Source of the DNA: Lama glama
Taxonomy: Eukaryota
Length of the DNA: 64,000 nt
NCBI GenBank assembly: GCA_028534125.1
Contig: CM052816.1
Span: 54,934,001-54,998,000 of the forward strand
Reading direction: 5' to 3'
The notes under the pieces: model-generated
Database searches by the model: none
What the model was told of the DNA's origin: nothing
Seen by the model: only the letters and a program-made list of their open reading frames with translations
Position numbers and translations under genes: made by a program
Shown: positions 63,742 through 64,000 of the stretch, in pieces
Layout: every line of letters starts with the position of its first letter
Position numbering within the stretch: the stretch's first letter is position 1

Positions 63742-64000
63742 CAGAGAAAACCTTTCAAAGCCTGTATGAGTAGCAGTCTCACCTGCACAACCCCATTTCA
63801 GCAAAACTTGCACAGCAAAGAAGCCATCAAGTTAGCTGTCAGGGCCTACCTGAAAAGAGAACTTAAAAGTCCATTTAGTATTATTTAATATGGTAGAGAA
63901 ATGAAAGGCTTAGTTTAAAATAGCTCACAACGGAAAAACATCAAGGCATAAATAACTGTGGTTATCATCAGCATTTAGACCAAGACATCACCTAATTCCT

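Larger units (their letters stand above)
1..64000 (-). other. Probable intronic region of an unidentified minus-strand gene (camelid genome)
   Basis: No credible CDS. Most L1 fragments and A-tailed insertions lie on +, which fits the antisense bias typical of introns. Several minus-strand acceptor/donor pairs are present (14549-14579, 19799-19858, 35964-36197, 50541-50675). This is inference only; the gene was not recognised. Confidence 0.45.

Noticed and set aside
1..64000. CRISPR arrays, operons, defence systems or other prokaryotic/viral gene clusters
   Set aside because: The sequence is repeat-rich mammalian DNA with no regularly spaced repeats or dense coding regions, and no such system is supported.

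Overview
This is mammalian genomic DNA, very probably camelid (alpaca/llama/camel), judged from five copies of a tRNA-derived SINE of the vic-1 type and artiodactyl-style L1 3' ends. It contains two assembly gaps (500 N and 100 N). I found no recognisable protein-coding gene, RNA gene, CRISPR array or prokaryotic system. The ORF track consists of chance ORFs, gap artefacts and decayed L1 ORF2 pieces. Much of the window is interspersed repeats (L1, L2, MIR, MaLR/ERV LTRs, hAT MITEs, SINEs). Most L1 pieces lie on the + strand, and there are several minus-strand splice-site pairs. Together these suggest large intron(s) of an unidentified minus-strand gene, possibly with small non-coding or alternative exons. 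The most notable structures are: (1) an ERV1-type LTR at 56.5 kb that stops at its own poly(A) site, carries an A-tail and sits inside a 17-bp TSD, i.e. an L1-retroposed ERV transcript; (2) a ~180-bp A-tailed segment present twice (8.8 kb and 55.5 kb), once with a TSD and once fused to an inverted L1, resembling L1 3' transduction; (3) a cluster of RFX X-boxes plus a CTCF motif overlapping an open-frame candidate exon at 36 kb; (4) a MER41-like solo LTR; (5) a possible fossil hAT transposase C-terminus at 19.3 kb. Repeat family names were assigned by eye from remembered consensus features, and the boundaries of old repeats are approximate.
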